Assembly: GCA_050246755.1 (NCBI GenBank)
Contig: JBFWVL010000001.1
Coordinates: forward strand, 1,536,001 to 1,600,000
DNA from: Bacteriovoracia bacterium
GTDB lineage: Bacteria; Bdellovibrionota; UBA1018; CAIPTA01
Reading direction: 5' to 3'
DNA length: 64,000 bases
Shown here piece after piece: positions 33,353-42,746 of this stretch. Each line of letters starts with the position of its first letter. Position 1 is the stretch's first letter. The position numbers and the translations under genes are program-made. Below the pieces are notes generated by a model. It did no database searches. It worked only from the letters and a program-made list of their open reading frames with translations, and was not told the DNA's origin.

Positions 33353-34258
33353 TCAAAGGTAGAGCTGCAGTAGGGCCGAGTGAGAATAGCGGTAAAGGCC
33401 ATATTCGTAGCCTACGCCAAACCGTGTGCCTAGGCGCCGTTGGATGCCGAAACGATGCCAGGTATCGGGATTTCCCCGGTGATCTCGCTGGAATTTCATG
33501 TTTCCGTATAGGGTCCATTTGGCTTTGGTGAAGCGCAGGCCAACTACGTCGGCGAAGCTCCGTGCGACCGAACTGGAAACCGCGATCCTCGAATAACCTA
33601 GGTAGAACGGGCCGACAGGAAAACCAACGGCGAGGGTGGAAACGGTAATTTTCGGAAGCAGCGTGGAAATGCGCTCGTAGCTTTCCGAATATCCCAGCCC
33701 AATCCCAAAAATCCGTAAAAGAACTCCGGCCTGTGGGGACCAATCTCCGTGCGTGCGCCCCTTTCCTCCAGAGACGCCTACGCTGAGACGTATTCCTTTA
33801 GGAAATAATTTTTTTGGAAAGGCCACGCTAGTCCCGAGGCGAAGACCGAGCGAGGAAGGGGGATTCATTTCGTATTGTTTATATTCTTCCAGCGAAGAGC
33901 TGCCGAGAAAGTGGCTGGGAAGATCGGGTGCCGCGAAGCTGCCTTCCGACCACGACCCGATCCCGAAGCCGATTCCCTCGAATGCCTTGATCGTAGATCC
34001 GGAGAACTTCGCCTTTCCCGCTGGGAACGAGCGATCGGTATACATTCCTTCCACGCCGAAAGGAGTGGGAATGGTGGGTAGGGCCGCCGGATTCGATTCC
34101 ACGGAGTCACCCAGGCGAGAAGAGGAGCCTCCGACCGATGCGCTGGAAAAAGATCCATCGCAGCTCCAGAAAGATTTATCGGCGTTCCAGCCGCAATCTT
34201 CGGCGCCGAAAGCAAGGGGAGAGAAGAAAAATAATAGGAGATAGGCCCGCGGGTGCAT
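33353..34258 (-). CDS. exported protein, probable outer-membrane beta-barrel
   Basis: Signal peptide (AFG|A), NPAAL motif, Gly/aromatic alternating strands, C-terminus LLQLYL. Confidence 0.6.
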   Translation of the reverse strand: MHPRAYLLLFFFSPLAFGAEDCGWNADKSFWSCDGSFSSASVGGSSSRLGDSVESNPAALPTIPTPFGVEGMYTDRSFPAGKAKFSGSTIKAFEGIGFGIGSWSEGSFAAPDLPSHFLGSSSLEEYKQYEMNPPSSLGLRLGTSVAFPKKLFPKGIRLSVGVSGGKGRTHGDWSPQAGVLLRIFGIGLGYSESYERISTLLPKITVSTLAVGFPVGPFYLGYSRIAVSSSVARSFADVVGLRFTKAKWTLYGNMKFQRDHRGNPDTWHRFGIQRRLGTRFGVGYEYGLYRYSHSALLQLYL

Positions 34259-34442
34259 TCCGAAAACAATACTGGGAATCTCGGGATCGGAACAGATTAT
34301 TTCGCTACTCGATGGCGTGGAGGATGAATTTTGCCATCAGCCGGTAGCTCTCGGCGTTTGGATGTTTATCGGGCGATAAGCGGCCGCGGTAGCCGCTGCG
34401 GAGACGTAGTTTCAAAGAAACAGAACCTTTTTAATCATTGCG

Positions 34443-35756
34443 ATGGTACGAATTATAGGGATGGATAAATGGAAAGCCTCCGGCAAAACTTCCGTACTCG
34501 CCGTTTTTTTCTTTTTGCTCTGTTATTTCGTTCATTTCGGGGCAATCTGGAAATACGCCGTGAATATTCCCTCCATGGATGAATGGGAGGCGCTGAATGA
34601 CAACGCCTTGATTGCACCCTCCTTTCGCTGGTTCTTTGCCAAGCACAACGAGCACATGATCGCTCCAACTAAATTGCTGGCTTGGCTGCTCCTTCACCTG
34701 AACGGCTGGAATATCCGAAGCTCTATTCTGCTGAGCTTTGGAATTTTTGGGCTATTGGTGGCCTCGGTGGTAGTGGTGGGCCGGAGACTGATGTTTGCCC
34801 TTCCGCTTTGGGCCGTGCTTGCCTTTTGCCTATTTTTACTTTCCACGCTGCCGAGCGAAAATCATATGTGGGGGTTTCAGTCTCAGTTCCATTTCTTTCT
34901 TCTATTTAAAGTGATCGCCATTTTATTTTTGTTCGATTCGCGTCAGGGCTGGCCCGCGGTTTTCCTCGGCACGCTGGCGCTGGCCGCTTCGATCGTTTCA
35001 TTTTCGGCGGGCGTGGCTTCCGCCGCTGCGCTACTGGCGATTTTCGTACTTTTCAAGTGGCATCGTTTTTCGAAAATCAGAGGATGGGATAAGCGGGAGC
35101 TTCAGCAGCTGGTTTTTACCGTGACGATTACCGCGGTGGTTATGTTGTTTTGGTGGAGCGTGCCAGGCCCATCAGTTCCTTTCAGTTACCCCACGGGGAT
35201 GATTTTTTGGCGCATGCTGTTTCGGATGGTCGGATGGGGATACGGTCTTTTCGCGGTCTCCCCATTTCCAGTATTTCTGGGTTTTTTATTCGCTGGCGCG
35301 CTGCCGCTGTTGCTGATCTGGCGGCGAAGCGAGATTGGTCTCACGGAGAAAGCCATGATCACGGCCTGTATTGGCTCCACCCTGGCCGAGCTGTCGGCTA
35401 TCTCCTTGGGGCGCGGATATTTCGGCCAGCTATTCGTGATCTACCGCTATACCGAGGTCGCCTTCCTCCTTGTGCCCTGGAGCGCTTTCGCCTGGGCCAT
35501 GGCGCTGGAGAAAGAAAAAATCGCGCGTTCATTCGTGCTTGCAGGTTTGTGGATTTTTTTCGCGGTTAACTTTTCCGCTTATCTAGGAACCGAGGCCTAC
35601 GAAGGGATCCGAAATTGGCGCCGGCACGGAGTCGATTGCCTTGAGTCCGCGAACCGGCGCGGTGGAGAAATTCGCTGCGAAGCCCTCTACCCAGGCCCGC
35701 TCAATCATCGCCTAGAAAATGCCCGTGTGTTGAATATCTCTTTTACGCGCCGCTGA
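34443..35756 (+). CDS. polytopic membrane protein, GT-C-fold glycosyltransferase-like
   Basis: First TM followed by IPSMDEWE and HNEH loop; about 11 TMs. Confidence 0.55.
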   Translation: MVRIIGMDKWKASGKTSVLAVFFFLLCYFVHFGAIWKYAVNIPSMDEWEALNDNALIAPSFRWFFAKHNEHMIAPTKLLAWLLLHLNGWNIRSSILLSFGIFGLLVASVVVVGRRLMFALPLWAVLAFCLFLLSTLPSENHMWGFQSQFHFFLLFKVIAILFLFDSRQGWPAVFLGTLALAASIVSFSAGVASAAALLAIFVLFKWHRFSKIRGWDKRELQQLVFTVTITAVVMLFWWSVPGPSVPFSYPTGMIFWRMLFRMVGWGYGLFAVSPFPVFLGFLFAGALPLLLIWRRSEIGLTEKAMITACIGSTLAELSAISLGRGYFGQLFVIYRYTEVAFLLVPWSAFAWAMALEKEKIARSFVLAGLWIFFAVNFSAYLGTEAYEGIRNWRRHGVDCLESANRRGGEIRCEALYPGPLNHRLENARVLNISFTRR

Positions 35757-36477
35757 GTTTCAACAGGCGCAGCACGTGGATTTCGCCGCCGCGCACCTGC
35801 CACTCCACGTCGAAAATAGAAACGCGAAATCTAAAAATCGCGCCTTCGGTTTTCGCTCCCTTCAGCGGCATGGTTTTTCTTTGGGAAATCGGCCGCGGGT
35901 CGAGCGAAAGAGTTTCGGCGAGAAATTCGCGAAATCGCGGCATGAGAAGTTGGCTCTGCTCCGCGATCGTTCGCAGGCTTTCCGCGGAAAAATGTACCGG
36001 AAAGCGTTGGATTTCTTCCGAGGCCCAACCAGCAATGGCTTCGGGTATGGAATCGGCATAAGGAATATACGGTTTGATATCCAGCACGGGCGTTCCATCG
36101 AGCAAATCCACGCCGCTAAGGTGAACTTCGATTCCTCCTTCGGCAGATAGATCGATTCGATCCAGTTTCACCGCCGAGATCCCAATGGGATTGGGCCGGT
36201 GCGGGGCGCGCGAAGCAAATACGCCTACTTTGTCTATTTCCAATCGCGGAGGGCTAATTTTGGGCCGCCAAGCCTGACCAAGGTGCTGGTGAAAAACAAA
36301 AACAAGCCATACATGGCTGAAACCTTCGAGCTGGTTCAGGGCATCCGGATACAGAGGATCGGGGTTCAGTTTTAGGATTCCCTTGGCCTCGGAAACCAGC
36401 AGGGACTGCCGGGGCGTGCCGAATTTTTCTTTAAAGCAGGTGCTCACGAACCCAATGGGGGGATAAACGTCTTTCAT
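35743..36477 (-). CDS. trmO: tRNA (N6-threonylcarbamoyladenosine37-N6)-methyltransferase
   Basis: KFGTPRQ, LEGFSHVWLVFVFH, GVFASRAPHRPNPIG, DLLDGTPVLDIKPY. Confidence 0.95.
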   Translation of the reverse strand: MKDVYPPIGFVSTCFKEKFGTPRQSLLVSEAKGILKLNPDPLYPDALNQLEGFSHVWLVFVFHQHLGQAWRPKISPPRLEIDKVGVFASRAPHRPNPIGISAVKLDRIDLSAEGGIEVHLSGVDLLDGTPVLDIKPYIPYADSIPEAIAGWASEEIQRFPVHFSAESLRTIAEQSQLLMPRFREFLAETLSLDPRPISQRKTMPLKGAKTEGAIFRFRVSIFDVEWQVRGGEIHVLRLLKLSGA

Positions 36478-36568
36478 CTGGAAGAATCGACTCTAGTTCA
36501 CCTAGGTAGACTTGCAATGGAAGAATCATCCGTTACGTGGATTCCGCCCGCTTTGCTAGTTTTGCCTT

Positions 36569-37414
36569 ATGAGATACGATTGGGCGATTATGACAAGCCG
36601 CTTCGCCTGGATGCAGCGCCCGCTGGCCGTTTTGATGGTTTCCATCTTCGCGTTGGCCGCTCCGGCCAAATTTGTGGATTATGCGGCGATCGGCGGCTTG
36701 TTAGCGCATTACTTGCTCGCTTTTTGGTTTCACCCTTGGGCGAAGGTAAAGAACGCGGGAGTGCTTGCACCCCATATCTTCTTGATTGGCATTTTGGCGC
36801 TAGTGGCTCTGCTCCAGAACTTTTATCAATTTCCCCATATTATTCTATTTTTTGGGATGCATTTCGTGCTGACGGAAATGTATGAGCGCAAGCAGGCGGA
36901 AGAGAGCGTGGTAAAGCTGGCGCGCGCTATCTATTACGCTGCCGCCTACCTTTGTTTCATGAAGTTCAATCTGGGCCTTGGGGAAATCGGATTTCCTCTG
37001 CTAGCCGCCGCCGCTGTGGCCCTCGCTTTTCTGTTGGTTAAGCTAAGGAGTTGGAAGCAAGCGATACGGGAGCTGGCGTTTTTCATTCCGATTGTTTTAA
37101 CGTTTCGTGAGCCTACGCGATTTAATTATATTTTACTCTATCATGTGGCCATCTGGTGGGCGATTCCCCTGCTGAATCCTTCGGGAGTTACGAAAAAATA
37201 CGTAAGAGACTCGGCGCTCGTGACCGGAATTTTCTTGGCCCTGGTATTCATCAGCTGCGCCTGGCAGGAATCGCTTTATTGGGCCTGGAACCGGGAAACG
37301 ATGCGGCTCGGCTATATCCATGTAGCCATCAGCCTGGTGATGTCGAGTTCGAATCCGCTGTTCGTGCGAACCGCGGCGCTGCGTGCGCAGGGATTTTTTC
37401 GCAATGTTCTCTAG
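36569..37414 (+). CDS. membrane protein with His residues in TM helices, function unknown
   Basis: About 8 TMs; LAHY, GMHF, LYHV, YIHV. Confidence 0.6.
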   Translation: MRYDWAIMTSRFAWMQRPLAVLMVSIFALAAPAKFVDYAAIGGLLAHYLLAFWFHPWAKVKNAGVLAPHIFLIGILALVALLQNFYQFPHIILFFGMHFVLTEMYERKQAEESVVKLARAIYYAAAYLCFMKFNLGLGEIGFPLLAAAAVALAFLLVKLRSWKQAIRELAFFIPIVLTFREPTRFNYILLYHVAIWWAIPLLNPSGVTKKYVRDSALVTGIFLALVFISCAWQESLYWAWNRETMRLGYIHVAISLVMSSSNPLFVRTAALRAQGFFRNVL

Positions 37415-38450
37415 GTTGATTTCCGCCTGGCGCTGGCCCGTAATTTTTCTTCTGGTCTTTTTTTCGCTGGATGCGTTCGTGGCGCGTTCGGGGACGGCTG
37501 CCCGCTTCTTAACCAAATATTCCGACATCGCCTTCGACAATCCATTGCGATTTTTCTATAAGTTTAGCCGCACAGTGCGAGATCCGGCGAAACCGCTGGC
37601 TATTTTTTTAGGGTCTAGCGTGGCCCGCGAAGGCTTCGACGAAGAAATCGTCCAAGCCGAGTTACGGCAGAGTGCGCAGGTAATCAACTTAGGTTTTTTT
37701 CATGGAAGGCCAGTGGATCTCTGGATGCTTTCGGATCAGCTCATGAGGCTTCAGCCGGATCTAGTGGTGCTGCCTATGAATCCAGGAGATATCCTGCTGG
37801 AATATAGTTATCGCCTCACGATGCCATATTATTTCAGCGAAAAAATCTTCGAGCTCGTAGGAACCCGGGAGGTTATCGGTAACTGGCGGGAGTTTTTTTA
37901 TGCTGGGGTGTCCCGCGCTTCGGTGATTTTTCGTTACCGGGATTCTATCGGCTCGGCGCTGCTTAGGTTCGGCCAGGATCAGCTTGGCTTGGAGCCGTGG
38001 AGAAAAAACGAAGAAAAATTCCGCTTTTATCAGGAGATGGAACACCTGCCGGATCTGGACCCTTCCTTTTCCTTCTTCGGGCAGGATTTCCGGCCGGACT
38101 ATGACCTGAGCGTGCGGGCGATGGAAAGGCTTTTGCGGTTTTTTTCTGAACGGCGCGTGCGGGTGGTATTCGTACCCATGCCCAACCACCCTAAGTTAGA
38201 TTCTGAATTGTTACGGCTGCAGCGCCGCGATCTAAGTGATTTCAACCGGGTCGTATTTCCGCGCTTCCTTAGTGGCTGGGCCGCGGCACCGGGGGTGAAC
38301 GTAGCGGCGCTGCCGGTAAGCCTCATACATAATTCCGACTTCAGCGATTACGTGCACGTGAATGCCGGTGGCCGGGAAAAATTGTCACGCTGGTTCGCGA
38401 AGTGGCTAAGCGAGAGCAAGCTTCTCGAAACGAAGGTGCCGGGGCCATGA
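37404..38450 (+). CDS. SGNH-hydrolase-like periplasmic O-acyltransferase partner (AlgJ/DltD-like)
   Basis: N-terminal TM, FLGSS block I, VINLG, FSDYVHVN (DxxH); adjacent MBOAT; likely start ATG 37404. Confidence 0.75.
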   Translation: MFSRLISAWRWPVIFLLVFFSLDAFVARSGTAARFLTKYSDIAFDNPLRFFYKFSRTVRDPAKPLAIFLGSSVAREGFDEEIVQAELRQSAQVINLGFFHGRPVDLWMLSDQLMRLQPDLVVLPMNPGDILLEYSYRLTMPYYFSEKIFELVGTREVIGNWREFFYAGVSRASVIFRYRDSIGSALLRFGQDQLGLEPWRKNEEKFRFYQEMEHLPDLDPSFSFFGQDFRPDYDLSVRAMERLLRFFSERRVRVVFVPMPNHPKLDSELLRLQRRDLSDFNRVVFPRFLSGWAAAPGVNVAALPVSLIHNSDFSDYVHVNAGGREKLSRWFAKWLSESKLLETKVPGP

Positions 38451-39865
38451 CCTTTAACTCCATCGAATTCTGGGTATTTTTCGCCGCCGTTTTCTCGCTC
38501 TATTTACGCTTGGGCCAGAGAAAGCAAAATTGGCTTCTTTTGGCGGCTAGCTATGCTTTCTATTTTTCCATCGCTCGCTTTTTTGTGCTGTTGCTTTGCT
38601 TCACGACCATATTCGATTTTTTCTGCGGAAAAATGATCGCGCAAGCCTCTACCCCAGGCCGCCGGCGCCGGTATTTGCTGCTAAGTATTCTTAGTAATAT
38701 TTCCGTCTTGCTCGTATTTAAGTACCTCGATTTCTTTTCCGCGCATGTGTCACAGATCTTCGGTACCGGCACCTCGGGTGTGGTATTTAATCTGGCCGTC
38801 CCGATTGGCTTGTCGTTTTATATCCTGCAATCGATTAGCTACGTGATCGATGTGTATCGCGGCGATTGCAAAGCCCACGAGCGGATCTCCGAGTATGCGC
38901 TCTACATCGCGTTTTTTCCGCAGTTACTGGCAGGCCCAATTGAGCGAGCGTCTCGTATGCTTCCGCAGTTCGGTTCGGCCCGCGCCATCACGGGTGAAAG
39001 CTGGAAAGCCGGCCTTTGGCTTTGCTTCTGGGGACTGATCGAAAAATGCGTGGTGAGTGATAATCTCCAGGCCCGGATTATTACGCCCTATTTCCAGTCG
39101 GGGGGCGATAGCAACGGATTGAGCACTTTACTGGTGCTGTGGTCTTGCAGCATGCGAATTTATTTGGATTTCGACGGATATTCCAATATTGCTCGCGGGG
39201 TGGCACGGCTCATGGGCTTCGATTTATCGGCCAATTTTTTCCTGCCGAACTACGCCGTGAGCTCCAAGGATTTGTGGCGCCGCTTTCACATCACTTTCTA
39301 TCGTTGGGCCCGCGACTATATTTATATTCCGCTCGTAAAAAATTTACGTCTACCCGTGTGGGTGGCGTTGCCCGTAGTATTTATTCTTTCTGGTTTATGG
39401 CATCAGGTGAGCTGGACCTTCGTTTGCTGGGGAGCATTTGAAGCGACGGTAATTTTATTATCGGAAATTCCCGGGCGCTTTCTCGCTCCCATTTACGCGG
39501 CCACCCGCGGCTTTCCTAAGTTTCTTCTTACCGTGGCGGGTCTGATGAGCACGAAGTTTTTCCGCGCCATCAGCACGGCCTTTTTCGTGGCCGAAAGCGT
39601 GCCCACCGCAATGGACAGCATCCGCCCCGTTCTGCAGTTGGCTAGCTGGCGCCTGGATCGTGAATTCTTAGGCCTCTTATTTCTCTTCCTTTTTTTTACC
39701 CTTCCCCTTCGTCCCGTTGAGTTCTTGCAGCTGCGTAAAAATAAACTATTGGCGCCGCTAGAGCTAAGCCCTCCGCTTTTCGCCGGTCTATTGTTTTTCT
39801 TGGCTATTTTCTGGGTGGTCTACGGGGTAAATGCTGCCCAGCGTTTCGTTTACTTTCAGTTCTGA
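38447..39865 (+). CDS. MBOAT family O-acyltransferase (AlgI-like)
   Basis: MTFNS, PIGLSFY, FFPQLLAGPIER, YLDFDGYSNIARG, LWRRFHI, SGLWH, FVYFQF; start ATG 38447. Confidence 0.93.
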   Translation: MTFNSIEFWVFFAAVFSLYLRLGQRKQNWLLLAASYAFYFSIARFFVLLLCFTTIFDFFCGKMIAQASTPGRRRRYLLLSILSNISVLLVFKYLDFFSAHVSQIFGTGTSGVVFNLAVPIGLSFYILQSISYVIDVYRGDCKAHERISEYALYIAFFPQLLAGPIERASRMLPQFGSARAITGESWKAGLWLCFWGLIEKCVVSDNLQARIITPYFQSGGDSNGLSTLLVLWSCSMRIYLDFDGYSNIARGVARLMGFDLSANFFLPNYAVSSKDLWRRFHITFYRWARDYIYIPLVKNLRLPVWVALPVVFILSGLWHQVSWTFVCWGAFEATVILLSEIPGRFLAPIYAATRGFPKFLLTVAGLMSTKFFRAISTAFFVAESVPTAMDSIRPVLQLASWRLDREFLGLLFLFLFFTLPLRPVEFLQLRKNKLLAPLELSPPLFAGLLFFLAIFWVVYGVNAAQRFVYFQF

Positions 39866-39925
39866 TGAAGGTTTACATTTCGCCCCGCGCAAATTAATAT
39901 TCTCTCGGATCTTGGGTGGGGGCCG

Positions 39926-41332
39926 ATGCTGAAAAATTTACTTTTATTGTTGTGCTTATTGGGGGGTTCTCAAAATTCGCGGGCCGATTCTTTGCCCGAT
40001 GAAGATGTACTTGCCCAGCTCAACTCTCTGCCGGGAGTGGAAGCCACCGAGAAAACCACTCGCGACGACGCCGCCAAAAATGTGCGCCGTTTTTCCGCCA
40101 CGATCGAACAGCCCGTGGATCACTTCAATCCGAAATCGGCCAAGTTTCGCCAGAAGCTGGTGATCTTTCACCGTGGTTATAAAGAGCCAATGGTTCTTCA
40201 GACCAGCGGTTATATTATTTTTGGCGAACGGCTTTCCCGCTTGGCCTCGGTATTTGGCACGAATCAAATTCAGGTGGAGCACCGCTACTTCGGAGAATCT
40301 ACTCCGGTGCCCACCGACTGGAGCAAGCTCACGGTGCGCCAGAGCGCCGAGGATTTTCATCACATCGCGGAAACGTTTAAATCCACCTATTCCGCTCGTT
40401 GGGTAAATACCGGCGCGAGTAAGGGCGGAATGACTTCGGTTTTCCATCGGCGCTTCTATCCCAATGATTTGGCCGGCACCGTGGCCGACGTGGCGCCGTT
40501 TTCCTACGCACTCGACGACGACAGGTACGTGGCTTTCGTGGACGCCGTGGGGGGCGCTACATACGCGGACTGTCGAGAGCGGCTCTATGATTTGCAGCAG
40601 GCGCTTCTTCGGAGAAGTGAAGAAATTCTTCCCGAGATCGAGGGGAGTTACGAAAAACTGGGAGACAAGCTGATCGCCTACGAATCCGCGGTGGTAGAAA
40701 TGCCCTTCGTGTTCTGGCAATACGGCGATCCCACGAATGCGCAGTGGGGTTGCGGGGCGCTGCCTGCTGCGTCTGCTTCGGCGCATACTCTCGCGAATTT
40801 CTTGAAGGTGGCCAATAATCCTAATAGTTCCGCCGACGCCGGCCTTGAAATTTTTCAGCCCTACTTTTTTCAGGCCGCAGCGGAGCTCGGCGGGCCGGGC
40901 GCGAAGCTCTCCCACCTGCGGGGACTGCTGAAGTATCCCTACGTGCTGGATCCATTTTTACCTAAGGGCGTGAGGACTCCTTACTCCAACGGTGTGCTTC
41001 TCGATATGCGTGGCTGGGCCGCGGAATCGGCGAATAAGTTACTTTTTATTTATGGGGAATTCGATCCCTGGACGGCCGGCTCTTTCCCTCGCCTGCAGAC
41101 CGGCGAAAAAGCGGATAACCATCAGTTCGTGGTGCCGAGGGGAAATCACAGTGCCAATTTTATGATGCTGCCGGGCACCCAGCGGTCCGAAGCTATCGCT
41201 ACGCTTAGCCGTTGGCTAAATAAGGCACCGGTGGCGAGCGAAACATCGCTGCAGGCGTTCGGGCCCACCGCCGTTGACGATTCCCTCGAAGCACTCGAGC
41301 TTCGTGCCTTGCGTTCCTACCGGCCTCGCTAG
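39926..41332 (+). CDS. exported serine aminopeptidase (S37/S28 tripeptidyl-peptidase-like)
   Basis: Signal peptide, EQPVDH, VEHRYF, TGASKGG nucleophile, YGEFDPW, GNH. Confidence 0.88.
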   Translation: MLKNLLLLLCLLGGSQNSRADSLPDEDVLAQLNSLPGVEATEKTTRDDAAKNVRRFSATIEQPVDHFNPKSAKFRQKLVIFHRGYKEPMVLQTSGYIIFGERLSRLASVFGTNQIQVEHRYFGESTPVPTDWSKLTVRQSAEDFHHIAETFKSTYSARWVNTGASKGGMTSVFHRRFYPNDLAGTVADVAPFSYALDDDRYVAFVDAVGGATYADCRERLYDLQQALLRRSEEILPEIEGSYEKLGDKLIAYESAVVEMPFVFWQYGDPTNAQWGCGALPAASASAHTLANFLKVANNPNSSADAGLEIFQPYFFQAAAELGGPGAKLSHLRGLLKYPYVLDPFLPKGVRTPYSNGVLLDMRGWAAESANKLLFIYGEFDPWTAGSFPRLQTGEKADNHQFVVPRGNHSANFMMLPGTQRSEAIATLSRWLNKAPVASETSLQAFGPTAVDDSLEALELRALRSYRPR

Positions 41333-41438
41333 GCCCCCTGTCGATCTCCTATACAGCCAACCTCTCTTTGGCCACGCCTGGGGGCCCATCTAGGTCTAAT
41401 GCGAATAGGGCTGGCTTTCCCCCGGCAAAGTACTTGCA

Positions 41439-42677
41439 ATGCTTGGTGAAATGCCATTTTTTCTCTTCAAGAATAGATCCAAAATAGTAGCCGTATCGAG
41501 CCTATTTTTCCTCTTATCGCTCAGCCTGCTTGCGGGTTGCGCGAAGGACAAAAACGACGAGCCGCCCACGCCGAAGGTGACGGAGCGGTCTTCCGTGCTC
41601 GCGGGTTCTCTCACCGAAAACGTGACTGCGATTCATAAAGAAGCGGCTTACCAGGATCCCTGCGAAGAACAGTTTCGGGACGCGCAGCTCGAAATAGCCA
41701 AAGTTTTGGATGCAAAGGCTTCCGAGATCACCGCGTTCACCAAAAAAAAATCGGAGAATACCGCCGCTTCGTACCGCCGGGTACGGCTTGGGTCCATCCA
41801 AGTTCGGGAACTCGTAAACCCGGTTTCTCCCAAGCCGGGCTGGCAGAGCTATCGTACTACTTGGAAGACGATACTCGAAGATTACCATGCCATTAAGGGT
41901 ACGCCCGTGAACGACTATTGGGTTCAGCTAAATGCCGATGTCCGAGGCATTTTGTTGGACGACGTGGATCGCGTGGTTCATTCGTATAATATTTACTTGG
42001 ACAAAGACTCCGGCCCAAAGATCGAGCGCATGGTGGCGGCGATTCAAAAGTGCGTTGATGTCCCGGGATGCGCGTCGATAGAGTGGCCGCCTGATGTTTC
42101 GGATTTTGTGATCCAGCAGCCGTATTACGGCTCGTATCATCGCGGCATTGAGAGAAAAGAAAGCTTGGTCGAAAAGCGCAAGATGATGCAAAGATTTTTG
42201 TCCTACGCACTCGGCGATCTAAAAAGTTACCGATTCGAGCCCACTCCAAAAATGCAAAGAGTGAGCACGGGTCGCTATTACCTCCAGGTAGACCCAGGGC
42301 CCCTGGAGGAAGTTTCCGATCAGCTCCGCGGATATATCGAGAGCGTATGGCGCTCTTCCCAAGAGCAGGTTTCCATCAAGTGGAAAGACGCGCGCAGCGC
42401 TTCGGATATCTACCGCATCGTTATCGGCGCCACCGTGGGCGACCGTGCCTTCGTAACGAGGAAAAATAAAACGATCACGCTATTTTCCGACGTGCGCGCG
42501 AAGTCCATCGCCCACGAGTTTGGCCACGTGATGGGATTCAACGATCGATATTTCACCATTTGGCACCCTGAGAGCTGCGAATATGTGGTTCAGTACAGCG
42601 CCGAAGATATCATGTCGGATCCTTCCACCGGCGTGGTGCTCCAGGAACACTGGGACGACCTGGCCCGTTACTACTGA
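41439..42677 (+). CDS. lipoprotein with C-terminal zinc metalloprotease motif
   Basis: Lipobox LAGC; AHEFGHVMGFND and Met-turn DIMS; start could be 41451. Confidence 0.75.
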   Translation: MLGEMPFFLFKNRSKIVAVSSLFFLLSLSLLAGCAKDKNDEPPTPKVTERSSVLAGSLTENVTAIHKEAAYQDPCEEQFRDAQLEIAKVLDAKASEITAFTKKKSENTAASYRRVRLGSIQVRELVNPVSPKPGWQSYRTTWKTILEDYHAIKGTPVNDYWVQLNADVRGILLDDVDRVVHSYNIYLDKDSGPKIERMVAAIQKCVDVPGCASIEWPPDVSDFVIQQPYYGSYHRGIERKESLVEKRKMMQRFLSYALGDLKSYRFEPTPKMQRVSTGRYYLQVDPGPLEEVSDQLRGYIESVWRSSQEQVSIKWKDARSASDIYRIVIGATVGDRAFVTRKNKTITLFSDVRAKSIAHEFGHVMGFNDRYFTIWHPESCEYVVQYSAEDIMSDPSTGVVLQEHWDDLARYY

Positions 42678-42685
42678 AGAATCCC

Positions 42686-42734
42686 GAAAAAGAAAAAAGC
42701 GAGCCCCTCCCGGGAGCTCGCTTTTTTCTTTTTC
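42686..42734. terminator. bidirectional rho-independent terminator
   Basis: GAAAAAGAAAAAAGCGAGC...GCTCGCTTTTTTCTTTTTC between convergent genes. Confidence 0.9.
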
Positions 42735-42746
42735 TATCCTAACCGA

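Noticed and set aside
39956-40915. Long antisense ORFs (319 aa here; also 25643..26677, 59836..60615, 62498..63190)
   Set aside because: Shadows of well-supported genes on the opposite strand
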